From positions 1 through 24,661 of the IMG/VR virus record IMGVR_UViG_3300017988_000034: a DNA stretch of 24,661 bases, one strand, 5' to 3'. A program made the translations under genes and the position numbers. The notes beneath the pieces are model-generated. The model saw only the letters and a list, made by a program, of their open reading frames with translations, was not told the DNA's origin and searched no databases. Source of the stretch: a virus (lineage: Duplodnaviria; Caudoviricetes). Shown here in pieces: positions 16,422 to 24,437 of this stretch (position 1 is its first letter; each line of letters opens with the position of its first letter).

Positions 16422-17840
16422 TTAAGCTGACATCCAGCCAACGCCAGCATTAGTATTATTCCAATTGAATGATTTATCCATTGATGATGTTCTAGGTTGT
16501 CCTTGGTCACCTGGTGACTTATAACGGTGGTTATCCATTCCTGCGTAACAAATCCTTATTGCGTCTGACATATCTTTGTATCGAGCGTCTTCAGTTTCTG
16601 ACTGTTCTTGCAATCTGTGGTTCTTTAAGGATTCAATGACGTTCTTGCACCACGGAGCGACGTAAAGTTTAGGATAATTGAAACTGTTGATCGGTTGAAG
16701 AACATTGTATTGTAAATCTGTTGTGATCCTTGATCGCATCGTATCGATTGTGACTTCAGCTGGACTTGTGAATATCAAACCGCCGTTCTCACGTTTGGCC
16801 ATTTCAGAAACAATTCCTTGAGAATCGTTTACATAGCTTGCTGATCCACTGCCTTTTGCAAATCGAGTATCAATCATACGTTTTGTGATCTTAATTTCTT
16901 GTCCGTCTTTAGCTTGAATTTCTCGAGCTAAATCTTGTAATGAACCAGTATATAATAGTTTAGATCGAAGTTTGTGGAAATAATCTCCAAGATCATTGTA
17001 TGTCGGATATTCAGCATAAATCCACTTGATCAGATCTTTTGTGCCTGGTTTCTGAAATAAAGCCAACCAAATACAAGCTGGGTAATAGTGGGAAGCTGGA
17101 TCCATGGCCATGAAAAAATTGCCAGTTTGTTTGACGATGTTCCAATCAAAATCTTTGACATGAACATCGTATTTGAAATCTGGCCAAACTAATCTGCCAA
17201 CGCCGATCGGTTGTCCACCCCAGATGTTCTTGGCTTCATGAGGTCTGAATGCGTAATCTTGGTCTTTTTCTTTCTTAAGAACTTCTGGGAAATAAGGATT
17301 GTCTTCCCAAGAAGTTAATTTAGTCCAACAATCTGCAGGAGGTGATTTAACAAAACGCGTGTATGTTGGATCGTCTTCATATTTCGTATTGAATCGAATC
17401 AGGATCTGTGAATTTTCTTTACGAACTGTAGGAAGTAATATTTGCCAACTATCTTCTGAGACTGACTCGGCTTCTTCAATATCTGCAATGTCGATGCCTT
17501 CTAAGCTCTTGATCTTGTTGACGTTTGCATGAAGACCTTCAAATAGAAAATTTGAGCCATTCGTCAAACAAACAATTGAATTATCAGTAATTTCAAAATA
17601 CTTAGTTAGTCCTAGAAGCTCGATTTGATCTGATAGAAGACGATGAATGGATTCTTTGATTGATCGTTGAAATTCTCTAAAACAAGCAATACGAACTTTA
17701 GATTGTAATGAACGATAAATCAGATATCTTGCACAAGTCCAGCTCCTTGCTGCTCCACGTCCGCCATAATAACAATAGTAACGATGATGTTCAGTAAGAA
17801 GTTCTTTATAAGCTTTTGGAATTCGAAGGTCGATTTTCAT
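16422..17840 (-). CDS. terL: Terminase large subunit
   Basis: PBSX/Sf6-type ATPase: YGGRGAARS (Walker A variant), REFQ.SIKES.H.LL, IKSLEGIDIADIEEA (Walker B), LLPTVRKE.S, W.DNPYFPEVL; C-terminal nuclease with AMDPA and D.SDAIR; ATGA overlap with terS. Confidence 0.93.
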   Translation of the reverse strand: MKIDLRIPKAYKELLTEHHRYYCYYGGRGAARSWTCARYLIYRSLQSKVRIACFREFQRSIKESIHRLLSDQIELLGLTKYFEITDNSIVCLTNGSNFLFEGLHANVNKIKSLEGIDIADIEEAESVSEDSWQILLPTVRKENSQILIRFNTKYEDDPTYTRFVKSPPADCWTKLTSWEDNPYFPEVLKKEKDQDYAFRPHEAKNIWGGQPIGVGRLVWPDFKYDVHVKDFDWNIVKQTGNFFMAMDPASHYYPACIWLALFQKPGTKDLIKWIYAEYPTYNDLGDYFHKLRSKLLYTGSLQDLAREIQAKDGQEIKITKRMIDTRFAKGSGSASYVNDSQGIVSEMAKRENGGLIFTSPAEVTIDTMRSRITTDLQYNVLQPINSFNYPKLYVAPWCKNVIESLKNHRLQEQSETEDARYKDMSDAIRICYAGMDNHRYKSPGDQGQPRTSSMDKSFNWNNTNAGVGWMSA

Positions 17841-18202
17841 TCAAACGTGACCTTGAAGTCCAATTTGTTATCAGGTTGGCCGCCGATGTTCAAATCTTGT
17901 TTGTCTGTCCAGCCGGCGTTTTTGAGCCAGAATATAGCACCGGTCGCGTACTTACTACCAAGCAACGCTTTTTCATAACTGATTGCTATTCTTGATCTTG
18001 CGGATTTTATGATGTGACAAAATTCTGCATTTTTTTCCAGATGATAAAAAGCTTGACGATCGCAGAAACCAAGATACAGAACTAAGCCGTAGATCGTCGG
18101 AGCGGCGTCAGGCGCCAATTGATTGAAGTATTGGTCGATCTTCGCTTGCAAAGCTTCTGCTGTCTTATAACGGGGCGGGCGGCCTGGGCCTGATCTTGCC
18201 AT
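17837..18202 (-). CDS. terS: Terminase small subunit, P22 gp3-like DNA-packaging protein
   Basis: GRPPRYKT.E.LQ.KID.YF, PTI.GL.LYLGF, GAIFWLKN.GW.DKQ; immediately upstream of terL. Confidence 0.9.
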   Translation of the reverse strand: MARSGPGRPPRYKTAEALQAKIDQYFNQLAPDAAPTIYGLVLYLGFCDRQAFYHLEKNAEFCHIIKSARSRIAISYEKALLGSKYATGAIFWLKNAGWTDKQDLNIGGQPDNKLDFKVTFE

Positions 18203-18418
18203 GAGTTTTTATCCTTCGCAGATCATTGTTTGAATGCTGGATCTGACGTTACAGCTATAAATTACAGCAAATAAGCATTGTGAGTTTTAGTCCTTTCATT
18301 TGCTGTTTTTTTATAAAACCTTTGGAAAACTTTTCGAGTTAAAGTAATATATAATAATAACTTACAACACAAAATTTCTATAATGTTTATAACCTTTTTT
18401 TTATTATAGGAGCTACTT
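18203..18418. promoter_or_regulatory. Divergent control region between virion operon and replication arm
   Basis: 216-bp non-coding, very AT-rich in its right half, TATAAT hexamers at 18350 and 18379, inverted repeats ACAGCAAAT/ATTTGCTGT (18264-18306) and CAGATC/GATCTG (18219-18245). No clean -35/-10 pair could be assigned. Confidence 0.6.
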
Positions 18419-19108
18419 ATGAAGGTTAATTCAAGGACTCGACGAGGAACTGTGGCGCCTAGTCGTTTGAATCGAATTGAACTAGTTCCTAGAGACCCAC
18501 AATTGATGGACGTCCTGCTTAATGATTCTTTTCATTATAATGAAGAACGTGAAGAAATGAAAGGTATGGAGCATTTATATACATTTTTACATAAACTTCC
18601 TCAAGTTGATCAAGAAGTATTGAACTATAGATACGCATTATTACGTAATCAAAAAGAGATTGCTAGACTTATGGGAATGACTCAAGAAGTTGTTCATTAT
18701 GTTGAACAACAAGCATTAAGACGACTTAAAATGTGGTATTATTTGAATACTATTGACTTGGCAGAACTAGAGAAAGACCTAGATCGTTGTTCAAAAGTTA
18801 AAGTGAGAAATTATCGAAAAACGACTATGGCAATGTTTAAGGACTTACTATTGACGTATTTCCATAATCCTTGTATTTATGCAAATTTGAAAGAATATTG
18901 TACTTTTTTTGGTAAGAAAGTGTCACAAGAAATGGTTCGTTATCGTGTAAAAAGTGCTATTAAACTATTACGTGAATTCAAAAGTCCATATTATGAAGTG
19001 TTTATGAAGATCAAACGTTATTCCAATTTCAATAATCCACAATACAGGAGTATTATATGTCAAAGAAAGAAATTGAAGCAAAAAGACGAGCTAATAGCGA
19101 ATGGCTGA
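18419..19108 (+). CDS. Sigma70 region-4-like HTH transcription regulator
   Basis: LHKLPQVDQEVLNYRY....NQKEIARLMGMTQEVVHYVEQQALRRLK is a region-4 pattern; RBS AGGAG. Confidence 0.8.
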   Translation: MKVNSRTRRGTVAPSRLNRIELVPRDPQLMDVLLNDSFHYNEEREEMKGMEHLYTFLHKLPQVDQEVLNYRYALLRNQKEIARLMGMTQEVVHYVEQQALRRLKMWYYLNTIDLAELEKDLDRCSKVKVRNYRKTTMAMFKDLLLTYFHNPCIYANLKEYCTFFGKKVSQEMVRYRVKSAIKLLREFKSPYYEVFMKIKRYSNFNNPQYRSIICQRKKLKQKDELIANG

Positions 19109-19284
19109 GGGTTTATGCGTTAGGTTATATGGCTGGAAATAAGGGAGGAAGAATGAACGACGTCGATCAAATAATGGCATATGCCCTTAGATTGATTAGA
19201 GGGATGCGGATGCAAAAAGAGAAACAAAGGAAGGGGCTGAAAAGCCGGAATGAAAATATTTTGAAAGAAAAAGAACAAAATTAA
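19057..19284 (+). CDS. Hypothetical protein
   Basis: RBS CAGGAG before ATG 19057; a second in-frame ATG at 19153 has its own RBS GGGAGG. Confidence 0.55.
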   Translation: MSKKEIEAKRRANSEWLRVYALGYMAGNKGGRMNDVDQIMAYALRLIRGMRMQKEKQRKGLKSRNENILKEKEQN

Positions 19285-19321
19285 ATATAAAGGAATATAT
19301 TAGTAATGAAAGGAAGGTAAA

Positions 19322-19600
19322 ATGGAAGAAAACTATAAAGCAAGACGGCAATATCGTCGAGAACGTTTTGATCCTGTTTTGGGTGAACGAAGGAAGCGTT
19401 CAATTCTTATTCATCAAAGTTCTTGGGAAAAGCTTTGTGATCTTTACGAGAAGACAGGTAAGACATTTTATCGAGTGATTGACGAAGCCTTAGACCTATA
19501 TCTTCAACGTTATACTTGGCTGAAGAATGAACAGGAAAAGGCTGCAGGAAATGAACAGTTACCTATAAAACTCGAAACGAAAGAATTGAGAGAATTTTGA
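19322..19600 (+). CDS. Ribbon-helix-helix-like DNA-binding protein
   Basis: RKRSILIHQSSWEKLCDLYEKTGKTFYRVIDEALDLYL fits the RHH strand-helix-G-helix pattern; RBS AAGGAAGG. Confidence 0.7.
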   Translation: MEENYKARRQYRRERFDPVLGERRKRSILIHQSSWEKLCDLYEKTGKTFYRVIDEALDLYLQRYTWLKNEQEKAAGNEQLPIKLETKELREF

Positions 19601-19857
19601 TGAGAAATGTTACCTATAAATTCTCAGCTAAATTTTATCCATATATATTGGTTAACATTTTTGGGCAGACCGATCAAAGTGTTACCTATAAGTTACCTAT
19701 TTGTTACCTATACAGTTAACAACTAAGTTATTGATTTATTAGGGGCGGTTAACAACAGTTACCTATAATTACCTTAAAATTACTTTACTAAAAAAAAAAA
19801 TATTTTATTTTATATATAAAAATAATTATAAAAGCATAGGTAACGGTAACTGTTGTT
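19558..19857. repeat. Probable replication origin: GTTACCTAT iterons flanking an AT-rich core
   Basis: GTTACCTAT at 19558, 19609, 19681, 19692, 19703 and 19758, inverted copy ATAGGTAAC at 19836; 13-bp inverted repeat AACAACAGTTACC (19751-19763) / GGTAACTGTTGTT (19845-19857) around a ~70-bp nearly pure A/T tract; directly upstream of the primase-helicase. Confidence 0.8.
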
Positions 19858-19898
19858 CAAAACATTTAACAAGTATTTAACAAAGTTTGGAAAATAAA

Positions 19899-22403
19899 AT
19901 GGCACTGAAAAGAAAGCTTAACAACCCGTGGTTATCGAACGAGATAAATTTCTCCAACGATGATATTTTAAGTCGAGCCCAAGACATTGTTCAATACTTT
20001 TGTCCTGATGGAGAATTAGTAGATTTTGAATGGGATGCTTTATGTCCTAATCGTTCTGATAACCACATTGGTGCTTTTAAATACAACATCAATACTAACA
20101 AATGGGCGGATTTTTCTTTTAATAAAGGAGGGCTTGGTCCCATTACTTATGTAGAGTATGCTTTAGGAATTTCATATGATGAGGCTAAGAAGAAAATTGA
20201 AGAATTTCTTTCTAATCCTCAAAAACAAGCAATTTACCAATCTAAAAAAATAGCTCAGCAGACTCAACCAGCACCAGTTTGGACGGCAGTGATTCCAGTT
20301 CCCAAAGAAGCTATTTCTAATATCCCTTTCTCACTCGAGTCTAAATCTGATGTCAAGACCACAAAATATTCATATTTTACTAAAGAGGGACAGTTAGCTT
20401 TCTATATTATAAGAAAAGATTTCATTGATCCTATCACTCAACAGAAGCAAAAAACGCTTTGGCCTTTAAGTTATGGTCACTATGAAAATGAAATTGACCA
20501 TTGGGCTTGGAAGGGTGTCACGAATGTTCTTCGCCCTCTTTATGGAATTGAGAAGTTGAAATCTTTAAAACCAGAACAGTTTATTCTTATTGTTGAAGGT
20601 GAGAAGACTTGTGATGCTGCCCAACAACTTTTAGGAGATACCTGTCAAGTTATGTCATGGTGTAATGGCGCAATGGCAATCAAAAAATCTGATTGGAACG
20701 ATTTACTTGAAACCTTTTCATATGAAGATGAAAAAGTCAATAAGGATGGTTTAATTAAAAAGACTATTCATCGTTATAAGAAACCCATTGCCAGAATTAT
20801 CATTTGGCCAGATAATGATGAAGCAGGAATGAAAGCAGCGGAAAATATTGCCGAACTTCTTGGCGGAGTTCAAGTTGTTATTTTAAATTCTGCTAAATTT
20901 CCTTCTGGATGGGATTTAGCAGATGCTCAAGCCGAAGGGTGGACAAAGGAAAAAGTTCTGAAATTCATGACTTCCATTAAATACTTTGTTGGAGATTCCT
21001 TTGAACCCAATGATTTATGGTATGCAAAATGGCTCTCCCAATGCTATGGGCAGGAAGTTCGGTATGATCAAACAGAAAAAGATTATCGAATTTGGAATGG
21101 ATATAAATGGGCTCGAGATCATACTAAAAAATTAAATCCAATGGCTGATGAGGCTTTTGATAAGTTAAACAATAAATTCAAATCTAAATTTGTCATTAAA
21201 GCAACTGAGAAACTTAAGAATCATGGACCCAGGGAACAAGTTTTGAAGGTTTTCCAATCTTTGCCAGGAATTTCAATCACAGCCGATTGTTTTGATCAAA
21301 GTCTTTCTCACATTGCCCTAATGAATGGCGTTTATGATTTGAATGAGAACAAATTTTCTGATTCTGATCCCAATTTTTACAACAAGAAAGCCATGAATTG
21401 CATCTATCAAAAGAATCCTGACCCTAAAATCATAAAAGTTTGGGATGATATGCTTCATCAGATTTTAGTGAAAGAGGATGGAACTCCAGATGAAGACCTT
21501 ATCCGTTGGTTCTGGCAGATTATTGGATATTGTTTATCAGGATACACCGATAATAAATGTATTTACTTATGTCATGGTAAAAAGGGAGACAACGCTAAGA
21601 GCGCTCTTTTGGAAGCAATTGGAAAATGTTTTGGAGATTACTTTAAGAAGATTAGTTCAGATTTGATTATGGATACGAAAAAGCAAAGTGATGGGAATCA
21701 AGCCAGCCAATTCATTTATTTGAAGGGAATTAGATTTTCTGTTGGAACTGAAATTGAGCAAAAGCAATTATCGATCAAAACTATAAAAGATATGGTTGGA
21801 GGAGATACAATCACAGCCAGAGATCTTTACGAAAAACCTCAAGACTTTAGACAAACACATAAGCTCTTTATTTATGGTAATGAAAAATTGAAAATTCCTT
21901 CTTCTTCCGAAGCGATTTGGACTAAGTTAAAGTTAATCCCATTCAATGCTTATTTTCCAATTGGACATCCAAAAAGACGGGATCGAGTTGAACTGGAAAA
22001 AGAATTGCTAAACGCTAATGCAGGTTTTTTATATTTAGCGATTCAAGGTTGGAAAGACTTCCAACAGCATGGTTTTATCGAACCTGATTGTGTCAAGAAG
22101 GCAACTCAACAATATTATGATGAAGAAAACCCTTTTGCTGGATGGCTTCACAAAAATTTTGTTAATATTGCAGATGTTACCCGTCAAGATGTTAAGCAAA
22201 AAGAAGTTAGAGAAGAATGGGTTGCTTTCTGTAAACAAGAAGAAGAAGAATATGATATTACTCCAAAGGCTTTCTCAGAACTTCTAAAAAAAGTTGGTAT
22301 CAAACCATATCGAGGGGCAACTAATATTTCTTATCTTGAAAAATTGAAAAGAAAAACTGGCGTTGAGAAGATGATTGATATGCCATCACCATCACAAACA
22401 TAA
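19899..22403 (+). CDS. Primase-helicase, P4-alpha/D5-like (TOPRIM plus SF3 helicase)
   Basis: N-terminal CPNRSD..IGAF..NI.T.KWADF, TOPRIM IVEGEKTCDAA and IIWPDNDEAG...GWDLAD, D5-like NGVYDL...IIGYCLSG, Walker A HGKKGDNAKS, GGDTITARDLYE, F.QTHKL...GN, IPFN. ATG 19899 preferred to TTG 19887. Confidence 0.92.
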   Translation: MALKRKLNNPWLSNEINFSNDDILSRAQDIVQYFCPDGELVDFEWDALCPNRSDNHIGAFKYNINTNKWADFSFNKGGLGPITYVEYALGISYDEAKKKIEEFLSNPQKQAIYQSKKIAQQTQPAPVWTAVIPVPKEAISNIPFSLESKSDVKTTKYSYFTKEGQLAFYIIRKDFIDPITQQKQKTLWPLSYGHYENEIDHWAWKGVTNVLRPLYGIEKLKSLKPEQFILIVEGEKTCDAAQQLLGDTCQVMSWCNGAMAIKKSDWNDLLETFSYEDEKVNKDGLIKKTIHRYKKPIARIIIWPDNDEAGMKAAENIAELLGGVQVVILNSAKFPSGWDLADAQAEGWTKEKVLKFMTSIKYFVGDSFEPNDLWYAKWLSQCYGQEVRYDQTEKDYRIWNGYKWARDHTKKLNPMADEAFDKLNNKFKSKFVIKATEKLKNHGPREQVLKVFQSLPGISITADCFDQSLSHIALMNGVYDLNENKFSDSDPNFYNKKAMNCIYQKNPDPKIIKVWDDMLHQILVKEDGTPDEDLIRWFWQIIGYCLSGYTDNKCIYLCHGKKGDNAKSALLEAIGKCFGDYFKKISSDLIMDTKKQSDGNQASQFIYLKGIRFSVGTEIEQKQLSIKTIKDMVGGDTITARDLYEKPQDFRQTHKLFIYGNEKLKIPSSSEAIWTKLKLIPFNAYFPIGHPKRRDRVELEKELLNANAGFLYLAIQGWKDFQQHGFIEPDCVKKATQQYYDEENPFAGWLHKNFVNIADVTRQDVKQKEVREEWVAFCKQEEEEYDITPKAFSELLKKVGIKPYRGATNISYLEKLKRKTGVEKMIDMPSPSQT

Positions 22404-22463
22404 GGATTTACTTTGTTCATTTCATATTTTCCATCATTATTCACACTTTTCAAAGGGGTTAGG

Positions 22464-22757
22464 ATGTTAGCATTAAATAAAGCATATCGAGTTGCAATAA
22501 AAATGAGAGGAGATAAGAAAAACTTCTCCGAACAACAATCAGATCAAAAAGTCATGATTGTCAATGATCGTATCTTAAATGAACAACATGGTTATCATGA
22601 AAAACTAAGTAAAGACAAGTGGCCTGAACAACCATTATGGGCACGACGTCAATTAGAATACGAAGAAACAGATCGTGGTAAATATCTTACAACAGACACT
22701 AAGCAGGAATATGAAAATTGGAAAAATTTACCAGATATAGGAGGTGCCACAATGTGA
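22464..22757 (+). CDS. Hypothetical protein
   Basis: ORF track 22413..22757; in-frame ATG 22464 follows AAGGGG; hydrophilic product, no recognised motif. Confidence 0.55.
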   Translation: MLALNKAYRVAIKMRGDKKNFSEQQSDQKVMIVNDRILNEQHGYHEKLSKDKWPEQPLWARRQLEYEETDRGKYLTTDTKQEYENWKNLPDIGGATM

Positions 22758-22827
22758 AGGCTATTTTCATCATGGCATTAAGTCATTAGACATTAAAGCC
22801 AATCACAATCTAACAATGGAGTTTATC

Positions 22828-23691
22828 ATGCATCCGCAAAATCACGAAAAGAACGAAGCCCGTCCAGATCTGAACGATGAACGTCTTAAGAATAATCCTT
22901 GGTTGAATACCGATAATGATAGTGATCGTCCTTCTTCTGGAAAGTCTATTTTCGATTTTACTTTTCCAGAAGGCGAAACTAAATGGAGAATCTTACCTGC
23001 TCAACCATATCCATGGTTTAATTTCGAATCTCATTGGGTTCCTGTTGTTACTTCTGCTATGACAATCAAAAAAGTTCCAGTCTATCATTTGCCAGGAGTG
23101 GATTGTTTACTTTGTTCCGCAATCGCCTATCGTTGGAAACAATATTCCGAATTGAAAGAAACGAAGTGGGACAAGAACAAAGATCATCCTGAGGCAAAAG
23201 CTTTCCGAGAGAAGTTCATCAATGATTTCAAAGCGAAGATGGGACATGATCTTTGCATTATAGTCGAAGGACAAATTGGTAAAGTTTTTCGTTTGACAGT
23301 TGGAGAAGGCATTTGGAAAGCTCTTAATGGTTTTGGGAGAAATGCCAGTTGGGGCAGCCCTTCTGATCCTGAAAATGGATATTGGCTTTCGACGACTAAA
23401 ACTGGTTCAGGTATCACAACTGAATACGAAACTGTCCCGCTCCCTCCAAAGAGTCCCTTAACTGATGCGCAAAAAGCCTTGAAGATGCTTGATTTGTCTT
23501 CTCTTCGTCAGATGTCAACAACAGAAGAAGTTCTGAAGATTCTGAAAAAAGTTCCTTTAGTTATCAGTGATGCTATTCGGATGGTTAATCCTGACACATT
23601 CAAGGAAACTCATCCAGAGGCGCAGGAAGAACCTTCTGAAAAAAGTCCTGAAGAGAACGACGAACTGATTATCGACACTTCGAGCCGCTAA
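22828..23691 (+). CDS. Single-stranded DNA-binding protein, T4 gp32-like
   Basis: G....RILP, HWV, DCLLC, DPENGY....KTGSG..TEY and an acidic C-terminal tail (EAQEEPSEKSPEENDE) follow the gp32-like pattern; ATG 22828 has GGAG upstream. Confidence 0.75.
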   Translation: MHPQNHEKNEARPDLNDERLKNNPWLNTDNDSDRPSSGKSIFDFTFPEGETKWRILPAQPYPWFNFESHWVPVVTSAMTIKKVPVYHLPGVDCLLCSAIAYRWKQYSELKETKWDKNKDHPEAKAFREKFINDFKAKMGHDLCIIVEGQIGKVFRLTVGEGIWKALNGFGRNASWGSPSDPENGYWLSTTKTGSGITTEYETVPLPPKSPLTDAQKALKMLDLSSLRQMSTTEEVLKILKKVPLVISDAIRMVNPDTFKETHPEAQEEPSEKSPEENDELIIDTSSR

Positions 23692-23752
23692 GGCGAAGCC
23701 AAGGATCGTTATGCTCGGCATCGGATACGCTTAGCTTAGCAATGCAAAGAGA

Positions 23753-23782
23753 GATAGCCTGACTGTAATAGGTCAGGTTATC
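23753..23782 (+). other. Stem-loop downstream of SSB gene (terminator or processing site)
   Basis: GATAGCCTGAC / GTCAGGTTATC 11-bp stem with one G-U pair on the + strand; no good U-tract. Confidence 0.5.
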
Positions 23783-23925
23783 CATTAACAAAGGAAAACT
23801 TATGCACGATAAATTACTCCTCCGCCAATAGCTATTGCTGCTTGATCTCTAGCTTTTCCCGGCTGTGGAAATTTTTCCACAGGCTGTAAAATTTGTGGAT
23901 TTTGACCACCTGGGGTCCTCAACTA

Positions 23926-24078
23926 ATGGAAACAAACTTTTTTCAGGATGCCATTGACGAAGTGATTGAATCTAAACTCTACGATACAGCTTTGCAAATG
24001 TTGGAACATCATCCGACGTTTGAGCTCTATGGGGAATATTGGCAGAAAGTGTGGTCATTAAAGCAGGCCAACAAATGA
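23926..24078 (+). CDS. Small hypothetical protein
   Basis: METNFFQDAIDEVIESKLYD...; stop overlaps the next ATG (ATGA at 24075); start uncertain (TTG 23893 possible). Confidence 0.6.
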   Translation: METNFFQDAIDEVIESKLYDTALQMLEHHPTFELYGEYWQKVWSLKQANK

Positions 24079-24437
24079 ATTCAAGAAGAAATTATAGAGC
24101 AGTAGAAGATATACTATCTGCTGAAGAGCTTCAACATATTAGTGAACTGACACTAGAAGCACGTATAGCAGTGCGAGAACTAATTGAACGACATAGACGA
24201 CGCTGGGAATTTATCTTAAATAATAATCCTTCACATAATAATCCTTCACTTTTAAATGGCGCTAATGAAGCATTAGTAGAAGCTGCTAGAAGTGGCGCTA
24301 ATGAAGCATTAGTAGAAGCTGCTAGAAGTTTTGACATTGTCGAACAGCCTTGGCCTGAAGTTGTTTCTCCTCATAAACCCAGAAAATTTAAAAAAAAGTT
24401 GGATTATATATGCAATACGCGCCAGAAGAAATCTTAA
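24075..24437 (+). CDS. Hypothetical protein with internal tandem duplications
   Basis: ATG 24075 coupled to the previous stop; contains NNPS x2 and GANEALVEAARS x2. Confidence 0.65.
   Translation: MNSRRNYRAVEDILSAEELQHISELTLEARIAVRELIERHRRRWEFILNNNPSHNNPSLLNGANEALVEAARSGANEALVEAARSFDIVEQPWPEVVSPHKPRKFKKKLDYICNTRQKKS
24220..24328 (+). repeat. Two perfect in-frame tandem duplications (15 bp x2, 36 bp x2)
   Basis: ATAATAATCCTTCAC at 24220 and 24235; TGGCGCTAATGAAGCATTAGTAGAAGCTGCTAGAAG at 24257 and 24293. Confidence 0.95.

Noticed and set aside
257-17978. Plus-strand and alternate-frame ORFs overlapping the virion genes (e.g. 257..526, 719..916, 1036..1284, 11821..12324, 12367..12729, 15853..16278)
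   Set aside because: Shadow ORFs inside well-supported genes, with no recognisable motifs.
19558-23691. Separate P4/PICI satellite inserted next to the phage
   Set aside because: No integrase, att-like boundary or compositional break is visible in the window; it reads as the phage's own replication arm, although flanking sequence is needed to exclude this fully.
7223-23852. Stop-codon reassignment (TAG), suggested by stacked stops at 7223-7234 and in-frame TAGs after ATG 23802
   Set aside because: All conserved genes are full length in the standard code, TAG ends the portal, adaptor and MPFKS genes at sensible places, and read-through at 23802 gives no convincing protein.
24257-24328. 36-bp palindrome-containing repeat as a mini CRISPR array
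   Set aside because: The two copies are directly adjacent with no spacer, lie in frame inside an ORF, and no cas gene is present.
21478-24337. Short ORFs overlapping primase, SSB and the 24075 gene (21478..21666, 22035..22238, 22069..22287, 23184..23417, 24131..24337)
   Set aside because: Fully nested in stronger genes; no independent support.
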